Below are positions 47,492 to 57,731 of a stretch of DNA of 64,000 nt, piece after piece. The notes beneath the pieces are model-generated. The model was not told the origin of the DNA. It did no database searches and saw only the letters and a program-made list of their open reading frames with translations. The translations under genes were made by a program, and so were the position numbers. Source of the DNA: Actinomycetes bacterium (GTDB taxonomy: Bacteria > Actinomycetota > Actinomycetes > Nanopelagicales > Nanopelagicaceae); NCBI GenBank assembly GCA_037622205.1, contig JASJJZ010000070.1, positions 119 through 64,118 on the forward strand. Direction: 5' to 3'. How positions within the stretch are numbered: position 1 is the first letter of the stretch; the number at the start of each line of letters is the position of its first letter.

Positions 47492-47529
47492 TTGCGAAGT
47501 CTAATTGGTATCCCGATTACTATCGACCT

Positions 47530-48735
47530 GTGTCGGAGCATCAGGAGCAGCCAGAGAAACCATTTACCGTTCGCGCGATTTCCGAACGGATTGGCACAAT
47601 TATTGATGGCTTGAGCGAGGTTTGGATAGAGGGCGAACTATCTGAGATAAATGTGAGACCCGGTTCGCCGACAATCTTTATGAGGCTTCGCGATACCAGT
47701 GCAGATATGAGTATCTCGGTCCGCTGCTTTAAAAATGTTTTTGATTCGGTTGCGCCGCTTGAAACGAATGCCCGCGTCGTTATTCGCTCGAAGCCAACTT
47801 GGTGGACCAAGAATGGTTCGCTCTCGTTTAATATCTCCGAGATTCGCCAGGTCGGTGTTGGCGAGTTAATGGCCCGCCTTGAAGCGTTAAAGAATTTATT
47901 AGCGGAAGCAGGCCTCTTTGATTTAGAACGAAAGAGCGCGTTGCCCTTTCTTCCTAATGTAGTTGGCTTAATTTGTGGTCGAAATAGTGATGCCGGAAAA
48001 GATGTTGTTGAGAATGCTAAGCGTCGTTGGCCCAGTGTGAAATTTGAAATTCGTGAAGTTGCAGTTGCAAGCGCTGCAGCAGTCTCTGAAGTAAGTGCAG
48101 CGCTGGCTGAATTAGAAGCTAACCCAGATGTGGATGTAATTATTATTACGAGAGGCGGTGGCTCGTTTGAAGACTTGCTCCCATTCTCTGATGAATCTTT
48201 ATTGCGGTTAGTTGCAGATTGTAAAACTCCGATTATCAGCGCAATCGGTCACGAAAAGGATTCACCACTGCTGGATTTAGTTGCAGATTGGCGGGCATCA
48301 ACACCGACAGATGCCGGAAAGCGGGTCGTTCCGGATATGGCGGAAGAGCTCGCTAGTATTTCTAATCTGCAAGATCGAGCAGATCGCTATCTACAAAACC
48401 TGATAACTTTTGAAATCTCAAAAATCAAAGGTTTCATGGAGCGCCAAATTATGCGTGAGCCCCAAACAATAGTTACCACCCGGATTGAAATTATCAATGG
48501 CCTGGTTGCCAGATCTCACAGAAGCATGAGTAGCGCAATTGCAATCGCGACCGAAGAAATCATTGGCCTTCGAACTCAAGTGCGCACCCTCTCGCCGCAG
48601 GCCACTTTAGATCGTGGCTATTCGGTGGTGCAAAAATCAGATGGCTCAGTTCTTCGGAGTGCAAGCGAGGTTAAGTCCGGCGAAAAACTTCGATTGCGTT
48701 TGGCGCAAGGCGAAGTTGGCGCAATTACGGAGTAG
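47530..48735 (+). CDS. xseA: Exodeoxyribonuclease VII large subunit
   Basis: OB-fold N-terminus (VWIEGELSE), ITRGGGSFEDL and GHEKD motifs. GTG start. Confidence 0.92.
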   Translation: MSEHQEQPEKPFTVRAISERIGTIIDGLSEVWIEGELSEINVRPGSPTIFMRLRDTSADMSISVRCFKNVFDSVAPLETNARVVIRSKPTWWTKNGSLSFNISEIRQVGVGELMARLEALKNLLAEAGLFDLERKSALPFLPNVVGLICGRNSDAGKDVVENAKRRWPSVKFEIREVAVASAAAVSEVSAALAELEANPDVDVIIITRGGGSFEDLLPFSDESLLRLVADCKTPIISAIGHEKDSPLLDLVADWRASTPTDAGKRVVPDMAEELASISNLQDRADRYLQNLITFEISKIKGFMERQIMREPQTIVTTRIEIINGLVARSHRSMSSAIAIATEEIIGLRTQVRTLSPQATLDRGYSVVQKSDGSVLRSASEVKSGEKLRLRLAQGEVGAITE

Positions 48736-48744
48736 ATTACGAAT

Positions 48745-48969
48745 ATGGCCGCCGCAAAAGACTCGAAAACAGACCCAGCAAAGTTGAGTTATGAGCAAGC
48801 TCGGGATGAATTGGCAAAGGTAGTTTCAACCTTGGAATCTGGGCAGGCGACACTTGAACAATCGCTCGCACTTTGGGAACGTGGCGAGGAGCTCGCGAAG
48901 ATTTGTCAGCAATGGCTCGATGGCGCAACGGCAAAACTTGCTGCTGCAAAGCCAGAATCGGCAAAATAG
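48745..48969 (+). CDS. xseB: Exodeoxyribonuclease VII small subunit
   Basis: 74 aa; LSYEQARDELAKVVSTLESGQATLEQSLALWERGEEL. Confidence 0.9.
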   Translation: MAAAKDSKTDPAKLSYEQARDELAKVVSTLESGQATLEQSLALWERGEELAKICQQWLDGATAKLAAAKPESAK

Positions 48970-50622
48970 ATGCCAGAGTTTAATTACAGCGACTTGCTGC
49001 CAATAGGCCCAGATAAAACAAAATATCGCCTAGTTACCACCGAAGGTATTTCAACATTTACCGCCGACGGAATGGAATTCCTTAAAGTCACACCAGAAGC
49101 GTTAGAAAAATTAACTGCAGAGGCGATTCACGATATCAACCATTATTTACGTGACGAACACTTAACCCAGCTCGCCGCAATTCTAAAAGACCCAGAAGCC
49201 TCGCCAAATGATCGCTTCGTAGCCCTAGATCTATTAAAGAATGCAAATATTTCTGCGGGCGGAGTTCTGCCTATGTGTCAGGACACCGGGACCGCGCTAA
49301 TTATGGGTAAGAAGGGGCAACGCGTTCTAACTTCAAAGAACGATGCCGAATCAATTTCGCAAGGGGTGTATGACGCCTACACCTCGCTCAATCTTCGATA
49401 TTCACAACTGGCTCCGGTTACAACATGGGATGAGAAAAATACTGGAAATAATCTTCCGGCTCAGGTAGAAATTTATTCAGATTCAGAGCATCCAGGTGAA
49501 TACAACTTTCTCTTCATTGCAAAGGGCGGCGGCAGCGCCAACAAATCTTTCCTATATCAAGAGACCAAGGCAGTATTAAATCCCGCATCATTTATGAGCT
49601 GGCTAGATGAAAAACTGCGCTCTATCGGAACTGCAGCTTGCCCGCCGTATCACTTAGCAATCGTTATTGGCGGAACCAGTGCTGAATACACAGTTAAGAC
49701 CTCAAAACTTGCCAGCACACACTACCTAGATGAATTACCCAGAAGCGGTGATGCTAAAACTGGACATGGATTTCGAGATGTCGAATTAGAGGCGAAAGTA
49801 TTAGAGCTAACTCGAACACTGGGTATCGGAGCGCAGTTTGGTGGTAAATATTTCTGCCACGATGTTCGCGTTATCCGCCTACCCCGACATGGCGCCTCGC
49901 TTCCGATTGCAATCGCTGTTTCCTGTTCTGCAGATCGTCAGGCAAAGGCAAAGATCACTAAAGAGGGTATTTTTCTTGAAGTTTTAGAGCGGGATCCAGC
50001 CCACTTCTTACCAGAGACAACGGATGAACATTTAGACGATAACGTTGTCGAGATTGATTTAAATCAACCCATGACAGAAGTCTTAAAGTCGCTCTCAAAA
50101 TATCCAATCAAAACTCGACTCTCACTAAATGGCACTCTGATAGTTGCGCGTGACTTGGCCCATGCCAAAATTAAAGAGTTACTTGATTCTGGAGAAGATT
50201 TACCTCAATATTTTAAAGATCATGCCGTTTATTATGCCGGTCCAGCTAAAACGCCAGCGGGCTATGCATCTGGATCATTTGGTCCAACAACTGCAGGTCG
50301 TATGGATTCCTATGTCGATCAATTCCAAAAAGCTGGTGGTTCGATGATTATGTTAGCTAAAGGAAATCGTTCAAAAGCTGTGACAGATGCCTGTAAAAAT
50401 AATGGTGGTTTCTACCTTGGTTCTATCGGCGGGCCGGCCGCAAGACTTGCGCAAGATTGCATCCTAAAAGTTGAAACCTTGGACTACTCCGAATTAGGTA
50501 TGGAAGCTATCTGGAAGATTGAGGTAAAGGACTTCCCAGCATTTATCGTTGTTGACGATAAGGGAAATGATTTCTTTGCCGAGACTTCTAAGCCGATCAC
50601 TATTGGAAAAGCGCCAAACTAG
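48970..50622 (+). CDS. Class I (Fe-S) fumarate hydratase
   Basis: 550 aa; [15 protein letters not shown] and C-terminal beta-domain motifs. Confidence 0.92.
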   Translation: MPEFNYSDLLPIGPDKTKYRLVTTEGISTFTADGMEFLKVTPEALEKLTAEAIHDINHYLRDEHLTQLAAILKDPEASPNDRFVALDLLKNANISAGGVLPMCQDTGTALIMGKKGQRVLTSKNDAESISQGVYDAYTSLNLRYSQLAPVTTWDEKNTGNNLPAQVEIYSDSEHPGEYNFLFIAKGGGSANKSFLYQETKAVLNPASFMSWLDEKLRSIGTAACPPYHLAIVIGGTSAEYTVKTSKLASTHYLDELPRSGDAKTGHGFRDVELEAKVLELTRTLGIGAQFGGKYFCHDVRVIRLPRHGASLPIAIAVSCSADRQAKAKITKEGIFLEVLERDPAHFLPETTDEHLDDNVVEIDLNQPMTEVLKSLSKYPIKTRLSLNGTLIVARDLAHAKIKELLDSGEDLPQYFKDHAVYYAGPAKTPAGYASGSFGPTTAGRMDSYVDQFQKAGGSMIMLAKGNRSKAVTDACKNNGGFYLGSIGGPAARLAQDCILKVETLDYSELGMEAIWKIEVKDFPAFIVVDDKGNDFFAETSKPITIGKAPN

Positions 50623-50625
50623 ATT

Positions 50626-51216
50626 TTAGTACCAGTTAGAGCGTTTCTTCTTTACCATAGCCTTACAAGGGGTGTCGTACCTGGCCTTGATGTAAGTAAG
50701 TCCCCACTTGATCTGAGTCACTGGGTTAGTCCGCCAATCAGTTGAAATTATCTCCATCTTTATTGCCGGCAGAGCTTGTGGAATTCCGTGGGCACCACTT
50801 CGGTAATTGTGGGCCTGGTAGTTCCAGTGGCTCTCGCCATTCCAAAGTTCTGTTAAACATCCGTGTTGGCGTTTATTGCCCCACTTTGGATATTTCTCTT
50901 CAATGATCTGCTTGGCCACACTCTGGGCGCCTTTTGGTTTCTTCGCCTTCTCAATCTGGCGGGCTGCAAGTGAGACCAGTGCAATGGCATTGGCATCGAC
51001 TGAGCTCACGCCACTCAAATCTAGGGTTATTCCATCGTCTAACTCGGAAGAAGTTCCCGAACCTTCTGGGGCAACGGTCAAGGCTGGCAAGTTATTTGGT
51101 ACCGAGATAAACTGATCAAAGTTTCCTTGGGCATAAGTTGTATCTACAGTGCCGATAAAGACAATAAAGAAGGCGGCGGTCAGAACCAACTTCGTCGATC
51201 TAAAAATCGCGTTCAA
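50626..51216 (-). CDS. Secreted transglycosylase-like cell-wall protein
   Basis: Signal peptide, then LWNGESHWNYQAHNYRSGAHGIPQALPAIKM..WRTNPVTQIKWGLTYIKARYDTPCKA, typical of actinobacterial SLT-like proteins. TTG start after AAAGGAGGGG. Confidence 0.7.
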   Translation of the reverse strand: MNAIFRSTKLVLTAAFFIVFIGTVDTTYAQGNFDQFISVPNNLPALTVAPEGSGTSSELDDGITLDLSGVSSVDANAIALVSLAARQIEKAKKPKGAQSVAKQIIEEKYPKWGNKRQHGCLTELWNGESHWNYQAHNYRSGAHGIPQALPAIKMEIISTDWRTNPVTQIKWGLTYIKARYDTPCKAMVKKKRSNWY

Positions 51217-51426
51217 TTCACCCCTCCTTTCTAACCTTCATCCGGACAAGCGCCATAAGCCCGAAATGGGCTATTTCTTTGGGGGAAGGGCAAAACCCTC
51301 GCATCCAAGGAGACCATGGGCAAATTTAAATGCGTGTGAGTCGGAAAAAAGATATTAATCACAGAAAAATGGCTATCTAAAAGCCCAGGTCAGATGCGGT
51401 GATGTCTGATTTAACCGATTTGACCG

Positions 51427-52722
51427 TTACTGAGTGAAGTTAACTGGCTCTTCCAACATTTCGGTTACCAGAGCTGCAATTGGCGAGCGCTCTGACCTGG
51501 TCAAAGTGATGTGGGCGAAGAGCGGATGGCCTTTTAGGGACTCAACTACGGCGACGACACCGTCATGACGGCCAACTCGCAGGTTATCTCGCTGGGCAAC
51601 ATCGTGCGTCAAGATCACTCTTGAGTTCTGTCCGATTCTAGAGAGCACAGTTAGCAAAACTCCGCGCTCGAGCGATTGGGCTTCATCAACAATGACATAA
51701 GAATCATGGAGCGAGCGCCCGCGAATATGGGTAAGGGGGAGAACTTCGATTAACCCACGATCAACGACTTCATCGATTACTTGCTGGCTAACTAGCGCCC
51801 CCAAAGTATCGAAAACCGCCTGGGCCCAAGGCGACATCTTCTCGTTCTCACTTCCCGGCAGGTAACCAAGTTCCTGGCCACCGACTGCATAAAGCGGACG
51901 GAAGATTAAAACTTTTTTATGGTGGCGCTTTTCTAGGACCGCTTCTAATCCGGCGCTAAGTGCAAGGGCGCTCTTTCCGGTTCCGGCCCGCCCACCAAGA
52001 GAGACAATGCCAATTTCATTATCCAGCAGTAAATCTAAGGCGACCCGCTGTTCGGCGCTTCGCCCATGCAGGCCAAAGGCGGAGCGATCACCACGAACTA
52101 ATTGAAGTTGTTTATCTGGCGTAACTCTGGCCAGGGCGCTTCCCTTATCCGAATGCAGGACGATGCCGGTATGACATGGGTGCTCTTTGCCTAATTCGTG
52201 GGCGACCTTGCCGCCTTCGTATAAAGCGTCGATTACATTCCCGCCAACAGTTGCCTCGACCATTCCAGTCCAACCACTTGTCAGTGCAAGTTCGGCACGA
52301 TACTCCTCGGCTTTAACGCCGACTGATGAGGCTTTTACTCGGAGTGGCAGATCCTTTGTAACAAGAACTACATCTCTAGATTCCGCCATCATGTTTCTGG
52401 CGATGGCCAGAATTCGGGAATCATTTGAGCCATCTCGCAAAAACCCAGCTGGGAGCGATGAAGAGTCTGAGTGGTTTAGCTCAACTCGAAGCGTTCCCCC
52501 CACTTCATTTAATTTAATATCTTCATCAAGTCGGCCATGTTCAATTCGCAGATCATCTAAGGTGCGAAGGGCGGCCCGGGCAAAATAGCCAAGTTCGGGA
52601 TGGTCGCGTTTGCTCTCTAACTCACCAATAACTGTGATTGGGATAATTACTTCATGTTCGGCAAATCTTGAAAGAGCCGAAGGATCAGCAAGTAATACGC
52701 TGGTATCTAGAACATAAGTCAT
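51427..52722 (-). CDS. phoH2: PhoH2-type protein (N-terminal PIN domain fused to a PhoH ATPase)
   Basis: [12 protein letters not shown] start; [12 protein letters not shown] Walker A; VIVDEAQ. ATG 52722 preferred over TTG 52785. Confidence 0.85.
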   Translation of the reverse strand: MTYVLDTSVLLADPSALSRFAEHEVIIPITVIGELESKRDHPELGYFARAALRTLDDLRIEHGRLDEDIKLNEVGGTLRVELNHSDSSSLPAGFLRDGSNDSRILAIARNMMAESRDVVLVTKDLPLRVKASSVGVKAEEYRAELALTSGWTGMVEATVGGNVIDALYEGGKVAHELGKEHPCHTGIVLHSDKGSALARVTPDKQLQLVRGDRSAFGLHGRSAEQRVALDLLLDNEIGIVSLGGRAGTGKSALALSAGLEAVLEKRHHKKVLIFRPLYAVGGQELGYLPGSENEKMSPWAQAVFDTLGALVSQQVIDEVVDRGLIEVLPLTHIRGRSLHDSYVIVDEAQSLERGVLLTVLSRIGQNSRVILTHDVAQRDNLRVGRHDGVVAVVESLKGHPLFAHITLTRSERSPIAALVTEMLEEPVNFTQ

Positions 52723-52723
52723 T

Positions 52724-52750
52724 CTATTCGTGCTATTCGTGCTATTCGTA
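52724..52750. repeat. 9-bp tandem repeat CTATTCGTG x2 plus CTATTCGTA
   Basis: Read directly. It sits immediately 5' of the phoH2 ATG, or encodes (NST) repeats if the TTG start is used. Confidence 0.9.
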
Positions 52751-52935
52751 CCGGAATTTCGGATGGGCTTAGCCGAATTAGCCAATTGGCACTCGCATTC
52801 TTTTTTAGTTTTATCCGGGGGCGGTTGGTTTCTGGTGGAAAACTTGATGGCTAAAAGGTAAAACTATTATGAGGACCAGGCCCTGCGACACGCTTAATTT
52901 AAAAGTAAATTTCTAGGTAATTTTCCTAACCCTTA

Positions 52936-53739
52936 TTACTTTCCAAAGCGGCGATTGCGTTGTGAATAGGCTCGAAGAGCCCGCAAGAAATCAACTCTCC
53001 GAAAGTCTGGCCAATAGGCTTCACAGAAATAAAACTCAGAATGCGCACTCTGCCACAGCAAGAACCCGCCAAGTCGCTGCTCTCCTGAAGTTCGGATGAC
53101 TAAGTCTGGGTCCGGCAGGCCGGCGGTATAGAGATGGCGGCCGATTTCATCGACGTTAATTGAGCTAGCAATCTCAGCGGCGCTCTTATCAACATTGGCT
53201 GGTGAGGTGATTATCGATTTAACGGCATCGGCGATTTCACTGCGCCCGCCATACCCAATTGCGACATTGATAACAACGCCAGTTATTCCCTTAGTTTTGC
53301 TAGCAACTTGCGTTAATTGATCAACGAGTTTTTTGGGTAGGAGTTCCATAGATCCAACCGGTCGAATTTCCCAACGGCGGCGGCTTGCTAGATCGTTAAC
53401 GGTATCTGCGATTATCGCAAGCAACGGCTCTAACTCAGCCGGTGGCCTAGATAAATTCTGATTTGAGAGTAGCCAGATAGTTAAGACTTCAACCTTTGAT
53501 TCTTCACACCAATCTAATAACTCAATAATTTTCTCAGCGCCTGCTTTATGCCCCCGCGATGTAGAAGTGTCACCATCAGCAGCTGGATTTGCCTTTGACC
53601 ATCTGCGGTTTCCATCAAGAATTACCCCAATGTGATGTGGGGTTTTAGTGAAATCCAAATTTGCAAATAAGCGCCGCTCATAGAGCGGATACAGGATGGA
53701 TTTGATTGCAGGCTTTAGATAAGCCTTAAGAGAATTCAT
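52936..53739 (-). CDS. uppS: Isoprenyl transferase (cis-prenyltransferase, UppS family)
   Basis: HIGVILDGNRRW, and RTSGEQRLGGFLLWQSAHSEF. Confidence 0.9.
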   Translation of the reverse strand: MNSLKAYLKPAIKSILYPLYERRLFANLDFTKTPHHIGVILDGNRRWSKANPAADGDTSTSRGHKAGAEKIIELLDWCEESKVEVLTIWLLSNQNLSRPPAELEPLLAIIADTVNDLASRRRWEIRPVGSMELLPKKLVDQLTQVASKTKGITGVVINVAIGYGGRSEIADAVKSIITSPANVDKSAAEIASSINVDEIGRHLYTAGLPDPDLVIRTSGEQRLGGFLLWQSAHSEFYFCEAYWPDFRRVDFLRALRAYSQRNRRFGK

Positions 53740-53759
53740 TTCAGGATATTTTACCCAAC

Positions 53760-54095
53760 TTACTTTAATGAATTAAATTCTCGTAACACTCTTCGCTCGG
53801 CCACAAAAGATGCAATTGGCAGAGTTCCGGCAAGTATATAAAGGACTGTGCTCTTTAATGATTTTCCAGCTTTGAGACAGTAATGAAAAGCTGCAAAAAC
53901 GTAAATTGGATAGGTAAAGCCATGAACTAGAGAAATCCAACTTACATACTCGTAAAAATCTTTAAAAATTAAATAATGGGTAGGAACATTTACGAACCAG
54001 AGTAGCAGCGACATTATGCCGGCATAAATTGCCATAACTCGATAGCGGATCATCGCGCCGTTAAGAGCTGCCTGACGTGGATTCAGTTGATTCAT
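53760..54095 (-). CDS. DUF3817 family membrane protein
   Basis: ..YRVMAIYAGIMSLLL..VHGFTYPIYV..GTLPIASFVAER pattern. Start uncertain (54095 or 54053). Confidence 0.65.
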   Translation of the reverse strand: MNQLNPRQAALNGAMIRYRVMAIYAGIMSLLLWFVNVPTHYLIFKDFYEYVSWISLVHGFTYPIYVFAAFHYCLKAGKSLKSTVLYILAGTLPIASFVAERRVLREFNSLK

Positions 54096-54822
54096 GCTTG
54101 AACTTTACCGCCACTTTACTGACAATTTGGCGCTCTTTCATCGAATTGTAGAACGGGGCAAATAATACGAGCACGGCCATGAGCCACCAGATGAAGACAT
54201 ATGAGATATGTTGCCAATAGTTGCCAGGAATTTTTGATTTAAGTTGTGGCGCAGGAATTCTGGTGGTCAAAATTTCCTGTCCAAGCCTGGTCTCCTCTGA
54301 TGTTGCAACCACATAACCATCAAAGAGTGAAAGGTCGGTTTCTCCGACTACTAGCGCCGGATCGATTCTTGAAAGCTCACCCCGCAGCGCCTTCGTTGAA
54401 TCTGAAGTCTGCCTTGGATAGAGCCGCCCCGCTATCTTAACTTTTCCAATAATTTCTTGATCTTCCAAGCTTTGAACTCCACGCACAACTAAAATCCCAC
54501 GATTCCCAGAAAGTTCAAGCAACCTTACCTCTAAATTTGCAGTTGATTTTTTTCTATCTGATAACAATTCTTGTTTTGGCGCAATAAATATCTGACGATA
54601 ATTTCCACTAAATTTAACTAGCCGATTTATTGCACTGGGCTCCAAATTCGAAGTTACAGAAGCAATGCTCTCCAAGTCAACGCGGGGACTATCTGGAATA
54701 ACTTGTTTTGCTGCTTTGGAATCATGCGCTCGATTTAATTGCCAATCACCGAGTCCGATAAAAATTATTGAAAGCGAGACTGCCACAATAAGTTGGGCGA
54801 TAAATCCTTTATTTCTCGTCAT
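54061..54822 (-). CDS. SURF1 family protein
   Basis: N-terminal TM plus LGDWQLNRA, and a C-terminal TM. Confidence 0.75.
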   Translation of the reverse strand: MTRNKGFIAQLIVAVSLSIIFIGLGDWQLNRAHDSKAAKQVIPDSPRVDLESIASVTSNLEPSAINRLVKFSGNYRQIFIAPKQELLSDRKKSTANLEVRLLELSGNRGILVVRGVQSLEDQEIIGKVKIAGRLYPRQTSDSTKALRGELSRIDPALVVGETDLSLFDGYVVATSEETRLGQEILTTRIPAPQLKSKIPGNYWQHISYVFIWWLMAVLVLFAPFYNSMKERQIVSKVAVKFKHESTESTSGSS

Positions 54823-54982
54823 TACGGTCTGATAATTTTTTATATCGGCGATAAAAATTCCAGAGAAGTAGAGAAACTGCAGTGACTAGAAAAATCATTG
54901 TTACCGAGCCTGCTACTCCGACATCAATCGTGGTGCTACCGTTCATGTGCAGATTCTATTGAGATTACGTAGACTTGGTCCT

Positions 54983-55384
54983 ATGACCGAGCCGATTGAA
55001 AACGACCCATATCTGAGAGTTAGATATGGAATTTCCAAAACTCGCTATCCCAGGTGGCTTGTTACCGCACTTCTAATTGCAGCAATAGGTGGCGGCTGGT
55101 TGTTCTGGACTGCAAACCATTACTCCAACCCAGAGATCAGATCAACGCTGATTTCATTTCGGGAGATTAGCGCCAAGAGTATTGAAATTCGATATTCGGT
55201 AGAAATAAAGAACCCAGACTCGCAAGTTATCTGCCGCTTGGGTGCGCGAGATTATGAATTAAACATTGTTGGCCAAATAGATGACCAAATCCCACTTGGC
55301 ACAACTACTACAACGAGAATTGTCCAGATTCCTACCCGGCTAGCCGCGGTTAACGCTCAGATTGAATCCTGCTCGACTCTTTAA
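54983..55384 (+). CDS. DUF4307 domain protein
   Basis: RYG..TM..then a beta-rich domain with two Cys. Sits immediately upstream of greA, as is usual in actinobacteria. Confidence 0.65.
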   Translation: MTEPIENDPYLRVRYGISKTRYPRWLVTALLIAAIGGGWLFWTANHYSNPEIRSTLISFREISAKSIEIRYSVEIKNPDSQVICRLGARDYELNIVGQIDDQIPLGTTTTTRIVQIPTRLAAVNAQIESCSTL

Positions 55385-55413
55385 ACCAAAATTGGTTGTA
55401 AACTTCTCGCATT

Positions 55414-55899
55414 ATGGCTATCGAACCTACTCAAACTTGGCTTACTCAAGAAGCTGCTGACCGCCTTTCTGCTGAGTTAGCAGAACTTGAGGGACCACGT
55501 CGCGCAGATATTATTAAGAAGATTGAAGCTGCCCGCGCCGAAGGTGACTTAAAAGAGAATGGTGGTTATCACGCAGCAAAAGATGAGCAGGGCAAGACTG
55601 AAGCAAGAATTCGCCAACTTAAGCACATGTTAGAAAATGCCCACATCGGAAATCCACCTGCTGGCGAATCCGGATTTGTTGGTCTTGGAATGTTGGTGAC
55701 GGTTGATATTGCTGGTGATGAAATGAAATTTTTACTGGGATCACGCGAGATCGCAAGTGGCGATATCGATATTTATAGCGAAAAATCACCGCTTGGCGCT
55801 GCAGTTCTCGGTGCAAAGATTGGTGACACTGTTACCTACACCGCACCAAATGGTCGTGAGATAAGTGTTGCAGTTCTAGAAGCACAGAACTTTTTCTAA
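55414..55899 (+). CDS. greA: Transcription elongation factor GreA
   Basis: WLTQEAADRL..ELE..AR.EGDLKENGGYHAAKDEQ. Confidence 0.95.
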   Translation: MAIEPTQTWLTQEAADRLSAELAELEGPRRADIIKKIEAARAEGDLKENGGYHAAKDEQGKTEARIRQLKHMLENAHIGNPPAGESGFVGLGMLVTVDIAGDEMKFLLGSREIASGDIDIYSEKSPLGAAVLGAKIGDTVTYTAPNGREISVAVLEAQNFF

Positions 55900-55916
55900 C
55901 GGTTTTGCTATTTAGG

Positions 55917-56711
55917 CTACTTACTTACCCTTACATATTTGCGCACACTAATTGGTGCGAAAACTGCCACAAGTAAAACCATATAAATTAGGGACATCAC
56001 AACCGGATTCTGACTTGGCCAAGAATTCGCCGTTGCCCCGAAAATATTCTCAGTTCCGAAGAGCTCGCGACAGGCAGCAACCATTGTTGAAACTGGATTC
56101 CATTCGGCAAAATACTGTAAAACTTTCGGCATTCCAGTTGTAGGTGCAAACGCATTTGATAAGAAGGTTAGTGGAAATACGGTCATGAAAACTAAGTTCT
56201 GAGCTACTCGCTCTTCACGAACTGACAATCCAATTAGAACACCGATCCATGACATGGAATATCCGAAGGCTAATAAGAAAAGGAAGCCAAGAAAAATCTT
56301 TACCGGCCCACTACTTGGGCGCCAACCGACTAAGAATCCAACTAAGCCCATGACAATGAGTGTCACAACATTCTGCAAAGTGTCACCAACAGTGCGCCCA
56401 ATTACTACCGCAGATCTTGAAATCGGTAATGATCTAAAACGATCAATCAACCCCTTCTGCATATCGGCCGCTAGGCCCACAGCGGTCGCAGCTAGGGTAA
56501 ATGCAACAGTTTGAACGAAGATTCCTGGCATCAATAACTGAACATAGCCACCGTCAACACCAGAATCGATAGCGCCGCCAAAGACATAGCGGAAAAGTAA
56601 AACAAACATCGCTGGTTGAATTGTTGCAAAAATTAAGACTTCGGGAATTCGAATCATCTGAAGTAATTGGCGCTTAGTTATAACTAAGAAATCACTTACG
56701 CTTTGCAGCAT
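55917..56711 (-). CDS. ABC-2 type transporter permease (DrrB-like)
   Basis: Six TM; overlaps the upstream ATPase gene by 20 nt. Confidence 0.85.
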   Translation of the reverse strand: MLQSVSDFLVITKRQLLQMIRIPEVLIFATIQPAMFVLLFRYVFGGAIDSGVDGGYVQLLMPGIFVQTVAFTLAATAVGLAADMQKGLIDRFRSLPISRSAVVIGRTVGDTLQNVVTLIVMGLVGFLVGWRPSSGPVKIFLGFLFLLAFGYSMSWIGVLIGLSVREERVAQNLVFMTVFPLTFLSNAFAPTTGMPKVLQYFAEWNPVSTMVAACRELFGTENIFGATANSWPSQNPVVMSLIYMVLLVAVFAPISVRKYVRVSK

Positions 56712-57681
56712 GCTTTCCTCCCACTACTTCTTCGGCAACAACTTCTGCGACATGGCCAGTTAAAGAGATAAATACATCATCGAGTGATGGCCGCTTTAAT
56801 CCGATGTCTAATGGGTGAATTTTGGCCTCGTCCATTAAGCGCAAAACTTGAATTAATGAAGCACTGCCGTTATTTACTGGCGCCGATATTTTACGAATTC
56901 CAGAATCAACGGTGGGAGTTACACCAGAAACTTGTTCCACTAATTTGGTGGCTTCTGCAATTTGATCGACTTCAACCGTTATCTCTAACCGTTCGCCACC
57001 TACTTGATTCTTTAATTCATCAGCCGTGCCCCGTGCAATAACTTTTCCAGTATCAATTACTGCAATCGAATCTGCAAGGTGATCAGCTTCTTCTAAATAC
57101 TGCGTCGTTAAAAGCAGAGTGACACCGCCTTTTACAAGCTCATCTATAACGCCCCACATCTCCATCCGACCGCGCGGATCTAGCCCAGTTGTAGGTTCAT
57201 CTAGAAATAGGACTTTTGGTTTAACAATTAAAGAAGCTGCTAAATCTAACCGTCTGCGCATACCGCCGGAGTAAGTTCTAATTGGGCGCTTTGCCGCCTC
57301 AGTAAGTGAGAATTTTTCTAGCAGTTCTTCGGCCCGTTTTTTTGATGCGGCCGAACTTAGATGATACAACTGGCCAAACATAGTTAAGTTATCCCAGCCG
57401 GTGAGAGTCTCATCGAGCGCGGCATATTGACCTGATAATCCAATTACTTTTCGGACTTCATCTGGATGCTTCAAAACATCAATGCCGGCAACAGTCGCAC
57501 TTCCACTATCTGGCGTCAATAGCGTTGCAAGGACTCGAACCGTAGTCGTTTTCCCAGCACCATTTGGACCTAGTAGACCAAGAACTGTTCCTTCATCAAC
57601 TTCAAGACTTAGGCCATCAAGGGCTTTTACTGAGCCTTTGCTATACGTCTTTACCAATTCATGGGCGATGATGGACTTCAT
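56692..57681 (-). CDS. ABC transporter ATP-binding protein (DrrA-like)
   Basis: GPNGAGKTT, YSGGMRRRLDLA and LFLDEPTTGLD motifs. Confidence 0.9.
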   Translation of the reverse strand: MKSIIAHELVKTYSKGSVKALDGLSLEVDEGTVLGLLGPNGAGKTTTVRVLATLLTPDSGSATVAGIDVLKHPDEVRKVIGLSGQYAALDETLTGWDNLTMFGQLYHLSSAASKKRAEELLEKFSLTEAAKRPIRTYSGGMRRRLDLAASLIVKPKVLFLDEPTTGLDPRGRMEMWGVIDELVKGGVTLLLTTQYLEEADHLADSIAVIDTGKVIARGTADELKNQVGGERLEITVEVDQIAEATKLVEQVSGVTPTVDSGIRKISAPVNNGSASLIQVLRLMDEAKIHPLDIGLKRPSLDDVFISLTGHVAEVVAEEVVGGKHAAKRK

Positions 57682-57731
57682 AACCTAACCTTATTACTCG
57701 ATTACTTGCCTCGCATAGTAAACTCACAATT

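Noticed and set aside
51217-51426. c-di-AMP (ydaO-type) riboswitch upstream of the secreted transglycosylase-like gene
   Set aside because: Such riboswitches often precede actinobacterial cell-wall hydrolase genes. However, the minus-strand sequence lacks the conserved cores (GGGGACCCA, ACAGCUAACCUCG). The only GGGGTGAAT-like match is the Shine-Dalgarno and start region itself.
52187-52588. 133-aa plus-strand ORF
   Set aside because: It is antisense to phoH2, which has unambiguous PIN and Walker motifs.
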